From the NCBI GenBank assembly GCA_002269645.1, contig NIVC01001326.1, forward strand, positions 114,841 through 178,840: 64,000 nucleotides of DNA, in the 5' to 3' direction. A program made the translations under genes and the position numbers. The first letter of the stretch is position 1. Each line of letters begins with the position of its first letter. Source of the DNA: Macrostomum lignano (lineage: Eukaryota). Below, piece after piece: positions 58,592 to 64,000 of this stretch. The notes under the pieces are model-generated. The model searched no databases, was not told where the DNA came from, and worked only from the letters and a program-made list of their open reading frames with translations.

Positions 58592-59935
58592 ATGGCTGGA
58601 CTGCCCCTAAGACCATCATGGATTGGGCCACTGAATGAAGTTCTGCCAGCACAGGCACTAACGGAACTAAATATGAATTCAAGGGATCTGATGGAAGTGA
58701 CAGCAAGTACTGACGAGACTATGTGGTGGCTCACTTGTCATGGACTATTAGCCAACCAATGGACCTGCCCATGTGCCGCGCATACACCGATGAATCTGCA
58801 GCACAATGGAAAGCAATTCATTGATGGCTATGCCTAGGACTGTAAAACCTGTTGAAACCAAGAGAGCATATGCAAGGGCTCCTTTTTGGAGGCTAGCCAT
58901 CTGGACTTGCAATAGCTGATCACCCTATTGCAATGCTGGGCCAAAAACGAGTCCATGTCAACCATCATGCACAAGTGTTGCATCAGTAGCCGCACTGCCA
59001 TCAACTGGCTCAACTTCATTCGTGACGTCTATTGCCAATACTTTGTGAATCACATGATGCAGCTGGGTGGCCCTGGTCACATGGTCGAGATTGACAAAAG
59101 TTGGTTCTTCTACCGCAAGTATTACCAGGGAACCTATCATGACAGTCACTGGGTGCTTAGAATGATGGAACAAGGCTCGCCCAAGTGTGTCATGGTCATT
59201 GTACTAGACAGGTCTGCTGCTGTACTGCTGCCCATCATCTAGCAGTATATCCTACCTGGCATGCGGATCCTGACAGATGGCTAGCAAGCATATAATCAAG
59301 TGGCAAATGCTGTCAGTGGTCTTGGTAATCATGGTGTCATTAATTATAGGCTCCACTTTGTGGACTCCAATGACCCCACACTGCACACAAACACAATTGA
59401 AGGGACATGGGGCAATTGCAAAGCAAAATTCTGGGCCATGCATGGCACTAGCAATGCCCTCTTTGCAGGGTTTTTTGTGCGCAGAGTGTGCATATGCACC
59501 CTAAATTTTAAAATTGCACCCTGAAATTAAAAAAGTAGGTGTAGTTTAGGTGCGGTCTTATAACCATTTTTTAAAGGCTTAACCATGCTTAAGTTATTTT
59601 TCATGCACTGCTTTAAAATATGAAACAAAATAACTCTTTAAATCCTATTAAGTCATATATATAGGCAATATAGCCTATGGCTATAGCCTTATGTAAGATA
59701 TTAAAATATATATTCCCAGTTGTCTGAAACAAGACTCAAGAGAAATTGCACTCTGAGCCTTAAAATCGCACCTTGAAATTTGGCACAAGGTGCGATTTTG
59801 CACCTTGTCTCTGGCAAAAAACCTAGCCTCTTTGAATCGCACATCCAAGAGTATCTATGGCGACGCTTTTACCCAGGGCCTACTAAGGCTTTTGGCAGCA
59901 TTCTGTACTGGATTTGTAATTATTACCCAGTTTAG
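58592..59935 (+). pseudogene. Merlin/ISXO2-like transposase pseudogene
   Basis: Single frame with five in-frame stops: GGPGHMVEIDKSWFFYRKY, DRSAAVLLPII*, ILPGMRILTDG*QAY, FVDSNDPTLHTNTIEGTW. The C-terminus LFESHIQEYLWRR...YYPV* is restored by removing the 59466-59826 insertion plus one TSD. Confidence 0.9.
59466..59826. mobile_element. hAT-type MITE (361 bp) inserted in the Merlin transposase
   Basis: 8-bp TSD CCTCTTTG at 59458-59465 and 59827-59834; termini CAGGGTTTTTTG / CAAAAAACCTAG; internal repeated (C/T)GCACC motifs. Confidence 0.8.
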
Positions 59936-60204
59936 GAATCTGAGACAGTCAGGACTACATTGAACTAAACTGAGTAATGCTCAGTGCCATTTAAAAATGT
60001 TTCCCACCAGTTGTTACCAGTTGATGTTATGAGCTAAATAAAACTTAGCCGAATTTTTGTGCCCCAAACATCTCTATACAGCTAGTACAGGCCATGGACA
60101 ACTCCCATTTATCATTCTGTGTCATTGGCACCATTTTAAAAGAAAAAATTTTGCGAACAAAAGTAAATTTATGCCACTAATTGGCTAATTGGCTATAGAC
60201 TTTA

Positions 60205-60597
60205 CGAAGAGCTTGCGTGCATGGCCGCCGTTCACGTAAGCTCAGAATTGCGTGCACGGCAGAGCTATATCTTATAGGCTTATACAGTAAGTCATATACT
60301 ATTTGAATTAATATTCAAGTTAACAAAAAAACAATGAATTAAGATTACATTTGCAGTCCATGGTGTACGGGGGATAAAACATTATAAAACAATATAGTAA
60401 AAATATTTTTTAATTAGGTTTGCAATGCCAATGCGTGGATTTAAGGGCCCCAGTCCCGGCCAATTGCCGGCTGCCGTGCACGCAATTACAACACTAGGTG
60501 TACGGCTGCATACATGCAAATAAAGCACTAGGTAGATAGCCGCCGTGCACGCAATTCTGAGCTTACGTGAACGGCTGCCGTGCACGCAAGCTCTTCG
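60205..60597. mobile_element. MITE (393 bp) with ~70-bp TIRs and 9-bp TSD (Mutator-like)
   Basis: CGAAGAGCTTGCGTGCA...TGCACGCAAGCTCTTCG; TAGACTTTA at 60196-60204 and 60598-60606. Confidence 0.8.
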
Positions 60598-62659
60598 TAG
60601 ACTTTATAACTTTGTAGTATACAGAGATTGCCAAGATAGCAGGTAAGACTGAGACCAAGTTGTAAGTAGTTGTAAGTCCAAAACAATTTATACAGTGTAT
60701 AAAAATGCCCTTTAGTAGTTTAATTTTAGTTTAGCATAGGGTATAGGCCTAGGCCTAGTCCTAGTCGCTACCAACATAGCTAAATTTTGATCAAAAAGGA
60801 ATATCTCCTTTAAAATAATAATAAGGCTCACCTAGGACTAGGTTCAAAAAGTCAGGACAGGGCAGGCATGACCAGCCAACATGAGGCGTGACCGGCGAAC
60901 ACATTTTGGTTGAAAATAACTGATAGCTAGGCCTAGCATTCGACCCGGAATTCGCGCGAAAGACGGAGCTAAGGCCTAAGCGACAGACGGAGAAGACATC
61001 ATAAAACTGAAATAAAAAATTATACAACAGAACAGAAGTACTATAAAACGACGAGTGTGTTTGAGACGAGTAGACGACTGGGTCTGAGACTTAGGCTAGT
61101 CAGTCTTAAGGCTGGGCATGAATGGCCTGCGCATTCGGCATTCAGCGCCGCCGGCGCGCGAATAATAATTGATTTTTGGGATTTGGCGTGTTTGTAAATG
61201 TGCATGTCTCAGAATTTGTCAGTTAAACAAAAAGTCAATGACTCTAAATTTGTTTTAAAAAAGGAAATAATGGTATCGAAAATTATGAGAAAAAATTTCA
61301 ATACAAAGTTACATTAGGCACTTGATATTAGGATGTCTTAATAAACTTATTTGTATTTGGTTATTTTTAATCGTATTGCGCTACATCTGACTAATGCTTA
61401 CGTTGTTGCGCCTTAAAAACAGGATGCAGCCATAGGTAATTCTCTGTCTGAGTTCAAGGTACCCGCGAGCATGAATAGCGAAATTTCAGATTTCATTATA
61501 TTTTAATAAGGTGAGCTACGGAATCACGGCAGATTTAATCGCAAAATCTTAGAATAAACATGACATGTACTCGTAAATTCGTTTTTTGGTGATAAATGCA
61601 CAATTTGAACACTTAGTTTTTCTAATGGTTCTTGATAAAACATATTATTAAAATTAGACAAGATTTATTTTTTTTTTCAAGTCGACGAAAAAGTCGCTGC
61701 TGACAATAAATACTATCTAGTAGAAATGATCGCCTAATTCTACTCTCGTGATCGATCGAAGATACTATACATCTAGAAATTAGAGTGTTCAGAAATACAC
61801 TCAGAGATACACGTAGCAATACCGATTTCTTCCGTGTATATGCTACGCGCATGTCTTGAATCCAAGGACTACTACTAGACTTGAAGGGCGCAAACACTTG
61901 CAAATCGCGTGCAAAAATAGCTGAAGGCCGATTATTAATGTCTGTTTCTCTAAATCGATTGCACGTAGGTTATTTTTTCGCTAGATTGTTCAGCTTTTTG
62001 TCGCCTACCATGCACGAAGTCAGGCAGTTTAGTTTTTCCACTAGATGTAGATGCAAGAAAATCCTGTACAATGTAGACATCCTATTTTTGGGCATATGGT
62101 AGCTTTATTCAAATCTTCGAGTTTAGGAAGCAAAATTATAACGAGAGTGTAACGTCCTTTATACATGTACATGTATAACGAAGTGTTCCTAGTGGTACTT
62201 GTTTGACTCTAGGATGCTTAATTAGGTACTTCATTGTACCTAAGGTGCAAAATTGTTGCATGTAAATTATAAGTGCACGATAGTGACGACTGGTGAACAA
62301 CTTTAAGTCACTTTTGCATTCGAATTTTTGTCAGCAAAGCTGCAGATCGAGTCAGCCACGGCAGATGGCCTATAAAGCATTCGAACGTTTGCAATGTTAA
62401 CACATTGCTGCTGTGCAAAGAACCGTGAGAAAAAACCACTGTAAATATGCTTGGATACTGCTTGGAGGAATGTATGAAAAATGAAAAATAAAATAAAATA
62501 GAGTGTCATGCTTTTGTATTATATATCTGATCTGATTGAATTACTACTAAATTAAAGGCCATTAAAGTCAACAAAATAAAGATCAAACAATACAAACGAT
62601 AATATGCAAATACACCGTGAATAAATAAACTACGTAGATAATAATAGATAATTGCATTC

Positions 62660-62868
62660 CAGGGCGTAGCCGGGAGGGGGGTGCATGGTGTTTCCAATTA
62701 GACCGGCAAAAACTTTTCGCTTCTGTTCCCTGTTAGCAGTTCCTCAACAACTACATTGGCATCCCTTGGTGCGATGGTGACCCTAATTCCAAGGTCATAT
62801 TTCAAGCTCTCTCGCTGTCCATCCCGCGCTGGTACCCCTAGTTAAACGATCCTCCAGCTACGCCCGTG
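62660..62868. mobile_element. Possible short MITE
   Basis: Imperfect inverted ends CAGGGCGTAGCCGGGAGG / CCTCCAGCTACGCCCGTG; no TSD found. Confidence 0.35.
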
Positions 62869-63514
62869 CTACAAGTACAGTACGTGCCTATTAAAATTAG
62901 TTTCCATGCACAAAAAATATATGGTCGGCAGCAGGCAACAAGTGAAAGACGTGCCAATAAAATTTCGAAGCTTAAAATTTTCTAATAATTCAATAAGCCG
63001 TGATAGAATCATACTGTACAAATAAAAAATATCGATATTAATACATATAAAGCATGTATTAGGGATGAAAAAGTTATTTTAAATCTCAAGCAATAGATCT
63101 ATATATATATATACGGCACAACAAAAAGTTATAAAAAATTGCCAAATGAATTTCCAAATTTAGATAAAAGAAGATAAACTAAGTAAACTTTAAGGATTAA
63201 TTTGTTGGAAATCTGCTATATTGTTGACTCGCATCAGTCACTTATGCTTGGGTTCCAATGGGATCACTCTGAAACTATAGACACCGCATGAGACAGTCGA
63301 TCAGGGCGTGCCTGTGTGAGTACGTTCCTGTGTACGTGACGTGTGTGCTCAAGGATCAGCGAAAGAGACATCTGCTTGTCGCCTTGATAGTGCCCGAAGC
63401 CTACATGTGACTTAACAAGATAGTACTAATTACCGTTTACATATATATATATGTGAATCATTTTCCCTTTAGAAGAAAATAATTAAACATTAAATTATAA
63501 GCCAAATATTAGAT

Positions 63515-64000
63515 TTAGTTCATTATAACTCCACTGACAGTTTGAGTTGGAGCACTGCCATCCGCGCTGTTACTCGATGCATCCGCCTCTGTTTGTGGCA
63601 TCCTAAAGATGGCCAGGCGGCGTTTCAAGTCGTAACTGAACAACGCCACCACCGCACCGTTGGTTGACCGGACGAAGAACACGTCTGTGTGCGCCACGAA
63701 CTTGGCGCTCTCTCGACCGGAGCGCCAGACGCGCAGAGTCTGATCACGGGATCCGCTGATCACCGGGCTGGCCAGGTCGGTAAAGTGGCAGCAGCGGATC
63801 TGGGGTAATTGTGCCGGGTAAAATACTCCATTTTGGATTCGACGCGTTGGAATCAGCAAGTCGTCATAAAGCTCTCACCAAATCCGTGTGCCCAGCGAGG
63901 ACCTGCAGGCAGCTGTAGTCTTTGAGAGACCAGATTTTTAGCAGGCTGTCCAGCCCGCACGAGGCGAAGGCGTCGCCAGTCCTGTTGACTTTCAGTGCTA
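63515..64000 (-). CDS. WD40-repeat protein, last two exons (5' part beyond the window)
   Basis: Exon 64000-63879 (FASCGLDSLLKIWSLKDYSCLQVLAGHTDL), 79-bp GT-AG intron 63878-63800, exon 63799-63515 (IRCCHF...VISGSRDQTLRVW...*). Confidence 0.85.

Larger units (their letters stand above)
58406..60177 (+). mobile_element. Merlin (IS1595/ISXO2-like) DNA transposon, decayed, ~140-bp TIRs
   Basis: Inverted arms at ~58406-58550 and ~60035-60177 (GGGGCATAAATTTAC / GTAAATTTATGCCAC) enclosing a transposase pseudogene. No TSD recognised. Confidence 0.85.

Overview
Intron-containing animal genomic DNA, not prokaryotic; no CRISPR array or rRNA was found. GC-rich, Ala/Gln-tract exons separated by minisatellite-filled introns suggest a free-living flatworm such as Macrostomum (inference, unverified). 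I reconstructed six spliced genes by hand from GT-AG sites and reading phase: a divergent nicastrin (+, 325-5433); a turtle/IGSF9-type 5Ig-2FN3-TM receptor (-, ~8636-33049); a tight co-oriented cluster NDUFS2, NGDN, CDC6 (-, 55359 down to 46704); and the 3' end of a WD40 gene (-, cut by the window edge). About half the window (~31 kb by manual sum) is some 28 tandem arrays, almost all with unrelated units. Transposons include a hAT derivative carrying a solo LTR, a Tc1/IS630 derivative, a Merlin pseudo-element carrying a hAT-type MITE, a 9-bp-TSD MITE and a tRNA-derived SINE. Leading observations: an intron built from ~24 tandem copies of its own splice donor; CpA/CpG-directed C-to-T (RIP-like) decay of the Merlin element; a hidden second signal-peptide exon in the receptor gene; a private minisatellite in most introns; an operon-like three-gene cluster; and a nicastrin lacking the DYIGS motif.
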